A stretch of DNA of 64,000 bases, from sequence record PQ631072.1; one strand, written 5' to 3'. Below, piece by piece: positions 10,460-18,951 of this stretch. How positions within the stretch are numbered: position 1 is the first letter of the stretch; each line of letters opens with the position of its first letter. The notes beneath the pieces are model-generated. The model worked only from the letters and a program-made list of their open reading frames with translations, was not told the DNA's origin and did no database searches. This stretch comes from Escherichia phage EC.P2. The translations under genes and the position numbers were made by a program.

Positions 10460-11946
10460 TGGCAGATTATGGTTTAACAGATGCTGGTTTTGTCATTCCA
10501 ACATTTGATGATATTCTAAATAATTATATGACAGCATTGAAAAACACTTTCGGTGCAGATACAGCTACATCTGAAGATACTGTCTTTGGTCAACTGTTCC
10601 GTATTATTGCATACACAGATTACACCCTTTGGGAAGGTATGCAAGGTGTTTACAATACCCAAACCTTAGATGGTGCAGAAGGTATTTACCTTGATGAAAT
10701 CTTCTCTAAAAGAGGTTTTTATCGTAAAGCTGCTTCTGCTGGTAGTGGTTATGCTTATGTTAAATCTAACAATAAGGCAGCTTGGACTTATGAACTAAGC
10801 ACAGATGTTTATTTTAATGCCGATAACGATTTGACATATTATGTCAGTGCACCAACAATGTTGAATGCTAAGATTGGAGCATATACCATTTCTAAAGCAA
10901 ACGCAACAGCTTCTGGTGAAACTTCTATTACTTTCTACATTCAAAGTGCTATTGATGGTGGTCTTAACAGTAAAACACTAAGTCCTAGCAATACAAACTT
11001 TATTGTAGATCTCACGAATTTCATTAAAGCTAACGTATCAACAACAGATCGTGCTTTAGTATGGAATGATGCTAGTAATGTTTACATGGGTTATAATCCA
11101 GAAGATAATGTTAACCCAATAGGTCTAGTAACACCAGTGAAATTTTATGCATCCATTGCAATTGGTACAAAATGGAGTGAAATTCCAGTTACGTGTTCAG
11201 ACGTTGGTTATAATCCAGTAGGCACAGAAAGTATTACAGGTATTTCTTCAACGTTTACAGGCTTTTTAGATACAGGTAACTTCTATCCGTTCTCTCCAGG
11301 TACAGATGTTGAAACAGATGCAGAATTCCGTTCTCGTTTCAATGATAATATGGATGAAGCTAATGCTGCTACTCGTGCTGCTATTGTTAAAGCTCTATTA
11401 CTGACAGATGGTGTGACAAAGGTTAAGATTTATGATAACCCTACACTACACGATCAGGAACATGCTCCAGCTATGACATTCCAAACTATTGTGTACGGTG
11501 GTACAGCAGAAGAAGTTGCACAGGTTATTTATAATACTAAGCCTATTAACACATTAACTTATGGTACGACAGCAATTACTATCGTAACAGAAGATGGTGG
11601 TCAAGAAGTAATTCGTTTTTCTCCTGGTGATAATGCGGAATACTCACTTAAACTGGTGTATCAAACTGGCAATGGTAGTGTGTTAAGTACAACAGAAAGG
11701 GAAAATATTGTTTCTGCTCTTGCAAACTTACAGGCTTATTTTGAATTAGGGTCAACAGTAACTAACGATCAGATAAAAGGTGTAATTTATTCTGCACTTG
11801 CGTTCGGACGCTTGACTTCTCTCCGTGTTTATGTTAAACTTAATACTGAGGATGACAGTAAATATAATGAGGGAGATATTACTCCAGCGTACAATGTTGT
11901 ACCATCCTTTGACCTTGATAATATTTCCTACGAGTACGGAGTCTAA
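10459..11946 (+). CDS. baseplate J-like protein
   Basis: 495 aa; N-terminus (GLTDAGFVIPTFDDILNNYMTALKNTFGADTATSEDTVFGQL) matches Baseplate_J family pattern; location in baseplate operon. Confidence 0.6.
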   Translation: MADYGLTDAGFVIPTFDDILNNYMTALKNTFGADTATSEDTVFGQLFRIIAYTDYTLWEGMQGVYNTQTLDGAEGIYLDEIFSKRGFYRKAASAGSGYAYVKSNNKAAWTYELSTDVYFNADNDLTYYVSAPTMLNAKIGAYTISKANATASGETSITFYIQSAIDGGLNSKTLSPSNTNFIVDLTNFIKANVSTTDRALVWNDASNVYMGYNPEDNVNPIGLVTPVKFYASIAIGTKWSEIPVTCSDVGYNPVGTESITGISSTFTGFLDTGNFYPFSPGTDVETDAEFRSRFNDNMDEANAATRAAIVKALLLTDGVTKVKIYDNPTLHDQEHAPAMTFQTIVYGGTAEEVAQVIYNTKPINTLTYGTTAITIVTEDGGQEVIRFSPGDNAEYSLKLVYQTGNGSVLSTTERENIVSALANLQAYFELGSTVTNDQIKGVIYSALAFGRLTSLRVYVKLNTEDDSKYNEGDITPAYNVVPSFDLDNISYEYGV

Positions 11947-11948
11947 AA

Positions 11949-12578
11949 ATGGCAGTGAGTGTTGACCATGTGACAACGTGGGATAGTATCAATGAAGATG
12001 TTAAAGACCTACTGATTGAAGATTTTAAATCTTCTCCGAACATTGTCAAACTACTCTATATCATTTCTAGCGAAAAACAAAAGATAGATCAGGCAATGAT
12101 CTATCTTGCCAAACACCGCTTAATCTCTACTGCAACTGGTAAGTATTTAGATCTTATTGGTGAAGAAATGGGGATGGAAAGAAATGGTGCTACAGATGAA
12201 GAGTATCGTACAATATTAAAAATCAGGGCTTATCGTGTTGCGTCTTCTGGTACGCGAGATGATATCATTGATATGTTCGCTCGTTTTACAGGAACAGAAA
12301 AAGAAACGATCAATACATACGTTGGATTAAATAAAACATTCGACGTATTCTTTTATAATTTGTGTCTACAATCCGATCAGGCAGTAGCACAGTTACTTAA
12401 CGTTTTCCCGATCCTAAGCAGTTATCGCTTAGGTGCGAAAGCGGGTGCAGCCTTTGGTTTCACTTCCTATTATGCCACAAAGCCACCTCATGGTATAGGT
12501 GGTTTAGGTTCTCTTTACACAGAGGCTGAAGGAGATGATACAGGGCGAATGACTATGCTGATAGCTCAAATAGAATAA
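11949..12578 (+). CDS. putative baseplate protein (gpI-like position)
   Basis: 209 aa ORF immediately after J-like gene. Confidence 0.4.
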   Translation: MAVSVDHVTTWDSINEDVKDLLIEDFKSSPNIVKLLYIISSEKQKIDQAMIYLAKHRLISTATGKYLDLIGEEMGMERNGATDEEYRTILKIRAYRVASSGTRDDIIDMFARFTGTEKETINTYVGLNKTFDVFFYNLCLQSDQAVAQLLNVFPILSSYRLGAKAGAAFGFTSYYATKPPHGIGGLGSLYTEAEGDDTGRMTMLIAQIE

Positions 12579-12591
12579 GGAGTTACCCTTA

Positions 12592-13572
12592 ATGGCAAAG
12601 CCACAATACTACCCTGACTGGGCGACACAAACAGTAACCCTCCCAGGAACGGGAAACACAAACAAGATTAGACCAAAAGAAACTATCCGTAATGTTGGTA
12701 TGGACTTTGGTCAGATTATGACTTGTGAAGAAATGAACTGGATCTTAAACAATATTGGGTCTTGGATTCGTTATATGCAAGATGAATTCTTCCCAACATT
12801 GCCTACTACATATCTTCCTATAGTCGGTACTAAAATTACAATGGCAGGTGATGCTACAGGTGAAGTTACATGGAACGGTAATGCTGCTGTAACATTGTCT
12901 ATCCAAGTCGTAGATAACAGTCATAATCACTTATCAGCTAACATTACAGACGCAACATCAAACCAAGTTGTAGGGAATGTCCTTGTTAAGCGTGATAATG
13001 GTGGTGCTATCTATGCAGGTGATATTTACACTTGTGGTACAGGTGCTACAGATCCTGCAACATTATTTTTTAGAAACTATAATGGACAAACAGTAGGCAA
13101 TATGTCTTCTGAACCAGGTGCAGGTGGTCAACTCTATATTTATAGAATAAATCCATCTACTGGAGGAACATCTTGTGGAGTCCGTTTGTATGATGCAGGT
13201 TATGTTTTAATAGACAATCCTCGTTCTAATTCTGGTCAAGATACTGGCAATGGTAATGCTCTTGTAAGATTAGATTATCTTAACTCAAGACTAAACTCAT
13301 TGCAAAGTACACTGCAAAATAATATTAACAACGTTAATAGCAACTTGCAAGGCCAAATTAATAACATTAACAATAGAGTTTCTTCTGTTGTGTCTTCTAT
13401 CCGTCTAGGTACACGTATTAAAGCTGGTGTATCTGAATCTCCTTTCTATGCTGGTCACGTGATCACAGGCTGGGGTTTTGGTGATAAGAAAGAACTTCGT
13501 GGTGCTTGGTATTGGTCTGCTCCGCTACAATATTACATTAATGGTAGGTGGATAACAGTAACCAACGTTTAG
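12592..13572 (+). CDS. tail fibre protein
   Basis: 326 aa; Asn/Gln-rich coiled-coil (LNSRLNSLQSTLQNNINNVNSNLQGQINNINNRVSS) typical of fibre shafts. Confidence 0.5.
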   Translation: MAKPQYYPDWATQTVTLPGTGNTNKIRPKETIRNVGMDFGQIMTCEEMNWILNNIGSWIRYMQDEFFPTLPTTYLPIVGTKITMAGDATGEVTWNGNAAVTLSIQVVDNSHNHLSANITDATSNQVVGNVLVKRDNGGAIYAGDIYTCGTGATDPATLFFRNYNGQTVGNMSSEPGAGGQLYIYRINPSTGGTSCGVRLYDAGYVLIDNPRSNSGQDTGNGNALVRLDYLNSRLNSLQSTLQNNINNVNSNLQGQINNINNRVSSVVSSIRLGTRIKAGVSESPFYAGHVITGWGFGDKKELRGAWYWSAPLQYYINGRWITVTNV

Positions 13573-13584
13573 TAAGGAGAACAC

Positions 13585-14136
13585 ATGAAAAAAGATGTTA
13601 TTTACACTGGCTTTGAACTATATCAACCAGAATTGACAGAAGAAAATGTCATCTATCTTTCAATAGGTGCTGGTTTTCTTAAAGATAAAGATGGTAATGA
13701 TTGGTACGAAATTCAGAAATATTTATCTAAAAATTACCCTGATGCCTATTTCTTAACTCTAGATCACAACAATGTAGTTGTTGCAGCTACGAAAGATGTT
13801 TCTACATATTTTCCCGCTGGTCTTACTGTTCTTGTAACATACAATGTTCCAGATAAGATAGAAGAAGAAAGCAATCTAGGATCGTGGAGATATGACAATG
13901 GTAAGTTTGTTTCTCATAATGGGTTTGCAATAGAAGATGCCAACCTTAAAATGGAAAAAGAATTAACTTGGGCCACAAATCAAATATCTGCAATTCAAGA
14001 TTTAGAGGAATTACAAGGTTTATCTGAAGAACAAAAAGATTGGTTAGGAAAAGTTAAACTATATCGTGCAACACTGATTCAAATTAACGTTGAAGATGCA
14101 CCTAATATAACTTGGCCTACAAGACCTAAGAAATAG
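13585..14136 (+). CDS. tail fibre assembly chaperone (Tfa-like)
   Basis: 183 aa; C-terminal KDWLGKVKLYRATLIQINVEDAPNITWPTRP resembles conserved Tfa C-terminus; follows a fibre gene. Confidence 0.5.
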   Translation: MKKDVIYTGFELYQPELTEENVIYLSIGAGFLKDKDGNDWYEIQKYLSKNYPDAYFLTLDHNNVVVAATKDVSTYFPAGLTVLVTYNVPDKIEEESNLGSWRYDNGKFVSHNGFAIEDANLKMEKELTWATNQISAIQDLEELQGLSEEQKDWLGKVKLYRATLIQINVEDAPNITWPTRPKK

Positions 14137-14145
14137 GGGTAATGT

Positions 14146-14487
14146 ATGGAGCTAACAGAAGTATGGGATATCGCTAAAGAGGCGATTATCCCTCTTATTG
14201 GTGTAATCTGGGTGGTCTTCAAACAGAAGATAGATGATATAGCAAGTGATTTGGATAAAATGGAAGACAAATACCGTGAACTAGAAAAGAAGTTGGTGTT
14301 TGTTGAATCCACTTATGCTACCAAAGCAGAACTTGCTCAAATGCTTAACCAGATCAACTCTACATTAATGGCAAATAATACTGCCTTAGAACAGAAAATT
14401 GAAAAAATAATGGATTTAAAAAATGCTCCTGTTCAATTAATGCTAGAGGAGATTACGAAGCGCACACAAAGTAAGGACAAAAATTAA
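14146..14487 (+). CDS. coiled-coil protein
   Basis: 113 aa, N-terminal hydrophobic helix then Glu/Lys-rich coiled coil; 1-nt overlap with next gene. Confidence 0.4.
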   Translation: MELTEVWDIAKEAIIPLIGVIWVVFKQKIDDIASDLDKMEDKYRELEKKLVFVESTYATKAELAQMLNQINSTLMANNTALEQKIEKIMDLKNAPVQLMLEEITKRTQSKDKN

Positions 14488-16901
14488 TGGCGAATTTTCC
14501 AACATATCCTGCTACGACACTAGAACAAGGTGTTGATCTGGTTATATTCTCGTCTAACCAGATGCATGATGTTATTAACGGGGATGCTACAGCAACTGTA
14601 GAAACCGAAACAGGTTTAATACCTACACTGCGTAAAGCACTTGTTGATAACTTCTTCTTTAAGAGTCCTGTTGCTTGGTCAGCAGGATCAACTGAAACTG
14701 TATTTAACCAGTTACGTTATTTTGAAAACGGCATCTTGAGTGGGTACTACTATGCCCCATCTGCCACTACTGCGAACCCTGTACCTATGCAGGGTACACC
14801 TGTAGGAGACAGTAACTGGACTCTGTATGCTCTTAAAACTGAACAGTTAGCTTCAGATGTGTATCCTTGGTATTTTAAAGGTGCTACAGGGTATGAGACA
14901 GAAATCAGTCCTCCTTATATCTTTGATAATGCTATTGTCACCATTAACGGTGTAATTCAGATTCAGGGTGAAGCATTTACTATCAAAGATAGTAAAATTA
15001 TTCTGGCAGAACCATTAGGTTTAGATCCGTCTACTGGTCTACCTAACAAATTGTTTGCTTTTATTGGTAAAACAACAGCCTCTACTTCTTACGTAGAGAA
15101 AAACCTTTTGTCATCTACCACTGGTGCAGCAATGGTTGGTCTTCCATCTGGAGGCAACCTGTTACAAGCTCAATACTTTGTAACGCCTGAGCAGTTTGGT
15201 GCAATTGGTGATGGAGTTACCGATGATACTCAAGCAATTCTAAAAACCATTACTTTCGCTAACACGAATAACATTCAAGTACGTGCAGATAAGAATTATA
15301 GATTCACAAGCTCAATTGCTATGTCTGGTATTCGTTGGTATGGTGGTACATTCACTGGTAACGGTGGAACAATGATTTCTACTGTGTCCTGTTGGATTGA
15401 AAACGTTCGCTTTGAAAAATGTTATGTTAAGATGTTAGGTGGTGATTGCCGATTCTATCGTAATATCTTCTCCAACGCAACATCTACAGCAGCATTCTTA
15501 ATGCAAGCAATGACAAGTGAAGGTACGTTGGACTTCAGTTACAACGAAATGTATGGTTGTAAATATGCGATCCTGCAACAAGGTACTGGAGAAGTAATGA
15601 CCTATGGGCGTTACTCTAACAACTATATTCACGATATTAAAGGTGATGCTATTGAACTTAACGTAGTTCAAAGACACTACACTGAAGGTTTGATCATCGA
15701 GAATAACCACATTGCTAACGTAGATGCTTCTGGACAAGGTGCAAACTGGGGTATTGGTATTGGTGTAGCAGGTAGTGGCCCATATGGTGTTGATGCTCCT
15801 GATTCACAATATGTACGTAACTTCAGTATCGTTGGAAATAGAGTTTACAATTGCCGTCAATGTCTACACGTTGAAATGGGTAAAAACTTCACAATACGTG
15901 ATAACGAAGTTTATCCTAACACAGCAGTTTCAACAGGTACAGGTTTAACTACTTGTGGTGTTGCATTATACGGATGCCAAGACTTTGAAGTTGATGGTTT
16001 AACTGGTTATCTGCTTAATGATCCGTCTGTTTCAACACGCATGGTCTTTATTGACTGGGGTGTTAACGGTGGAAGATATGCGGGGCCACCAATTAACTTT
16101 ACAATTAAGAATTTGGATATTCCAGAATCTTCGATTGAGATTGCAACGGCTGGATCAGACGCCTGGGAAAACTCTACAATTGTTAGTAACATCAATTGTA
16201 ATGATTTTAAATGGCGTGGGCTACCATCTAGCTCTACTTTTAATAATATTCGTTGCCGTAGTATTGACTTTATTGGTCAACACGGAAGCGGAGAAGGAAG
16301 TGGTGGCGGTTTCTATACTCGCAGCCAATTCACTTATATGAAGTGGGTAGGATGTACAGCACTTAGCGGAGATGAAACAACAGTTTCTTTTGCTAAAATC
16401 TACACGGATCGTTGCGATCAGGTTGGAAATAACTTTGGTGTTCCAACTGCTGTTGATGGTACAGGTCATCGTGGGCCAGTCTTAACCACTATTTCTGAAC
16501 AATATTTTACAGATTATGATGAATTCCCAGGTGGGCGTGACTTCCCTACTGGAACAGTTATTCATTGTGCAAGCGGTAAAAAACACGTTGTTACAGTAGG
16601 TGGTGCTTTCTTTAGTAATAATGAGAAAATAAAAGCAACTGTTACAGGTCAAACCTATCTACAGTCTAATGCTTTAAACTGGGCTAGTAATGGCTACGCT
16701 AAAGCGGCAGGTACTAAGATTGTTATTCCAGGTGCAGGAGCAAATGGTGGCGATCTTGTGACAACTATAGCACGTGCTACGTATGTGACAAATAGTTTGT
16801 ACACAATAGATATTGCAGATCCAATTGTAACACCTACAGCAGAGAATACACAAATTAAAGCTCTGAACCCTGTTACTTTTGTTACTGTCAATAATGCTTA
16901 A
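14487..16901 (+). CDS. tailspike with pectate-lyase-fold (right-handed beta-helix) depolymerase domain
   Basis: 804 aa; signature PEQFGAIGDGVTDDTQAILKTI (pectate_lyase_3 / tailspike glycanase motif). Confidence 0.65.
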   Translation: MANFPTYPATTLEQGVDLVIFSSNQMHDVINGDATATVETETGLIPTLRKALVDNFFFKSPVAWSAGSTETVFNQLRYFENGILSGYYYAPSATTANPVPMQGTPVGDSNWTLYALKTEQLASDVYPWYFKGATGYETEISPPYIFDNAIVTINGVIQIQGEAFTIKDSKIILAEPLGLDPSTGLPNKLFAFIGKTTASTSYVEKNLLSSTTGAAMVGLPSGGNLLQAQYFVTPEQFGAIGDGVTDDTQAILKTITFANTNNIQVRADKNYRFTSSIAMSGIRWYGGTFTGNGGTMISTVSCWIENVRFEKCYVKMLGGDCRFYRNIFSNATSTAAFLMQAMTSEGTLDFSYNEMYGCKYAILQQGTGEVMTYGRYSNNYIHDIKGDAIELNVVQRHYTEGLIIENNHIANVDASGQGANWGIGIGVAGSGPYGVDAPDSQYVRNFSIVGNRVYNCRQCLHVEMGKNFTIRDNEVYPNTAVSTGTGLTTCGVALYGCQDFEVDGLTGYLLNDPSVSTRMVFIDWGVNGGRYAGPPINFTIKNLDIPESSIEIATAGSDAWENSTIVSNINCNDFKWRGLPSSSTFNNIRCRSIDFIGQHGSGEGSGGGFYTRSQFTYMKWVGCTALSGDETTVSFAKIYTDRCDQVGNNFGVPTAVDGTGHRGPVLTTISEQYFTDYDEFPGGRDFPTGTVIHCASGKKHVVTVGGAFFSNNEKIKATVTGQTYLQSNALNWASNGYAKAAGTKIVIPGAGANGGDLVTTIARATYVTNSLYTIDIADPIVTPTAENTQIKALNPVTFVTVNNA

Positions 16902-16903
16902 TT

Positions 16904-16926
16904 AAAAGGGGCGAAAGCCCCTTTAT
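16904..16926 (+). terminator. rho-independent terminator
   Basis: GGGGCGAAAGCCCC hairpin followed by TTTAT. Confidence 0.55.
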
Positions 16927-16941
16927 AAAAGGAGTAGTAAA

Positions 16942-18912
16942 GTGATTTTAACACGTCCAAATAGTGCCATTGCAGACATGGTAGAGTCTCGCTATAGAAA
17001 GCGTAGAAGTTTTGCAAGTGGTTTTACCTTAAGAGATGCTCGTGAAGCATTGCTCTTTGAAGCTGACGGTAACTACTATCAGTGGAAAGGTTCTCTACCT
17101 AAAGTTGTACCTGCTAACTCTACTCCTACATCCACTGGAGGGATTTCAGATACAGCTTGGAAAAATGTGGGTAATGCAGATGACATTGCTCAAATAGAAT
17201 CAGAATTAGATGCTATTGAAGCTGAAATTGAAGATCTTAGAGAATCCATCCCAGAAGCTGGTAAATCAGCTTACCAGATTGCCGTAGACAATGGTTTCCA
17301 AGGTACTGAGACACAGTGGTTGGCTTCTTTAAAAGGTGATCCAGGCGCTCCATTAAAGCTATTAGGGACACTATCTAATACCAACCAATTACCTACAAGT
17401 GGAAACAATGCAGGGGATGCATGGATTGTAGGCGAGAATATGTATGCTTGGGATGGTACTGCTTGGAGAAAAGTAAACTCACAGGGGCCAGAAGGTAAGT
17501 CTGCTTATGAAGTATGGCTTGCAGCAGGAAACCAAGGTACAGAACTAGACTATCTTGCTTCAATTAAAGGTGATAAAGGGGAGCCTGGCCCAGAGGGGCC
17601 ACAAGGTGTGCCAGGTAACAATGCTAATGGTTTTGATTACCAAGGCGCAGCTAATTCCGTTTCAGATCTTCCTTCTGCATCTCATGGAAACACATCTCAA
17701 GCATGGAGTGTTGGTACATATCTATACGTGTCAAACGGTGTAGAATGGATCAATATGGGCGCTATAGTGGGGCCAAAAGGAGATAAAGGCGACAAAGGAG
17801 ATAAGGGTAACACTGGTGATTCAGCTTATCAAGTCTGGTTAAATGCTGGTAACGTTGGTACTATTGACGAATATATTGCCTCTCTGAAAGGAGAAAAAGG
17901 TGATAAGGGAGACAAGGGTGATCAAGGTGCACAGGGTATACAAGGCTTGACGGGGCCAACTGGTGCAGGGTTGACCATTATTGACATTCTGACTAGCACT
18001 TCTGAACTGCCACAAACTGGGGAAGATGGTGATGGTTATCTGATCAATAGTGAACTTTGGGTCTGGTTGCAAGGAGCCACAGAGTGGACAAATGTTGGTC
18101 GTTTAGCTGGTACTCCAATCACTGCAAAAGGACACGTTGCGTCTGCAAGTGCGCTTCCTCCTACAGCCAATTACGGTGATGCTTATCTGACGGAAGATAC
18201 AGGTCATCTTTACATTTACACCTATAATGAACAAACTCAAACTGCTGAATATGTAGATATGGGTAGTTTGAAAGGTGATAAGGGTGAAAAAGGTGAGAAA
18301 GGTGACGCTGGTACTAACGGTACAGACGGTGCAACTTGGATTGTTAAAACAACAGATCCAATCTCTAGTGATGGTAAACAAGGTGATTATGCCTTTAATA
18401 TCTCCACTGGCGAGGTGTTCTTAAAAACATCTGCAACTGTCTGGACTTCTCAAGGTACACTACCTAGTATCACAGATGCACCTAGTGATGGTAAGACTTA
18501 TGCTCGTAAAGATGGGGCATGGGAAGAACTCACTAATTCTGTAGATGGTCAAGATATAGTTCCAACAAAAGTAACAACTAATTTTATAGAGGTTACAGCA
18601 TATACCAACAATTCTGTTACAGGGGACTGGACACCTCCAGGAACACATAACATGAATGTGTTGAATCTTACTGGTAACGCTACTATAAAAGCATGGCCTG
18701 GTGTCGAAGATAGTACAAAACCTAAACCATTCTCTGCAATAGTTTATCTTATCCAAGATGCCACTGGAGGTCGTACTGTTACTTTAGATCCATCTTACAA
18801 AGTAATTGGTTCCAGTGATATTAATACAGATCCTAACGGAGTAACAATACTACAACTAACATATTGTGGTGTTGGCGATTACGTGGATGCTATTGTTGCT
18901 AAACGCACATAA
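16942..18912 (+). CDS. tail fibre with collagen-like Gly-X-Y runs and phage-fibre repeats
   Basis: 656 aa, GTG start with AAAGGAG upstream; GDKGEPGPEGPQGVPG, GPKGDKGDKGDKGNTGD, GEKGDKGDKGDQGAQGIQGLTGPTGAG, GDKGEKGEKGDAGTNGTDG; three copies of SAYQ-W-AGN-GT-DYLASLKG units. Confidence 0.65.
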   Translation: MILTRPNSAIADMVESRYRKRRSFASGFTLRDAREALLFEADGNYYQWKGSLPKVVPANSTPTSTGGISDTAWKNVGNADDIAQIESELDAIEAEIEDLRESIPEAGKSAYQIAVDNGFQGTETQWLASLKGDPGAPLKLLGTLSNTNQLPTSGNNAGDAWIVGENMYAWDGTAWRKVNSQGPEGKSAYEVWLAAGNQGTELDYLASIKGDKGEPGPEGPQGVPGNNANGFDYQGAANSVSDLPSASHGNTSQAWSVGTYLYVSNGVEWINMGAIVGPKGDKGDKGDKGNTGDSAYQVWLNAGNVGTIDEYIASLKGEKGDKGDKGDQGAQGIQGLTGPTGAGLTIIDILTSTSELPQTGEDGDGYLINSELWVWLQGATEWTNVGRLAGTPITAKGHVASASALPPTANYGDAYLTEDTGHLYIYTYNEQTQTAEYVDMGSLKGDKGEKGEKGDAGTNGTDGATWIVKTTDPISSDGKQGDYAFNISTGEVFLKTSATVWTSQGTLPSITDAPSDGKTYARKDGAWEELTNSVDGQDIVPTKVTTNFIEVTAYTNNSVTGDWTPPGTHNMNVLNLTGNATIKAWPGVEDSTKPKPFSAIVYLIQDATGGRTVTLDPSYKVIGSSDINTDPNGVTILQLTYCGVGDYVDAIVAKRT

Positions 18913-18914
18913 TC

Positions 18915-18940
18915 AAAGCCCCTTCGGGGGCTTATTATTT
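18915..18940 (+). terminator. rho-independent terminator
   Basis: AGCCCCTTCGGGGGCT hairpin then TATTATTT. Confidence 0.55.
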
Positions 18941-18951
18941 AAGGAGATTAA

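Noticed and set aside
17571-18330. Possible tandem DNA repeat or CRISPR-like array in the collagen-like region
   Set aside because: Repetition is at the protein level (Gly-X-Y triplets and fibre motifs) within a continuous ORF; nucleotide copies are diverged and there are no direct repeats with unique spacers.
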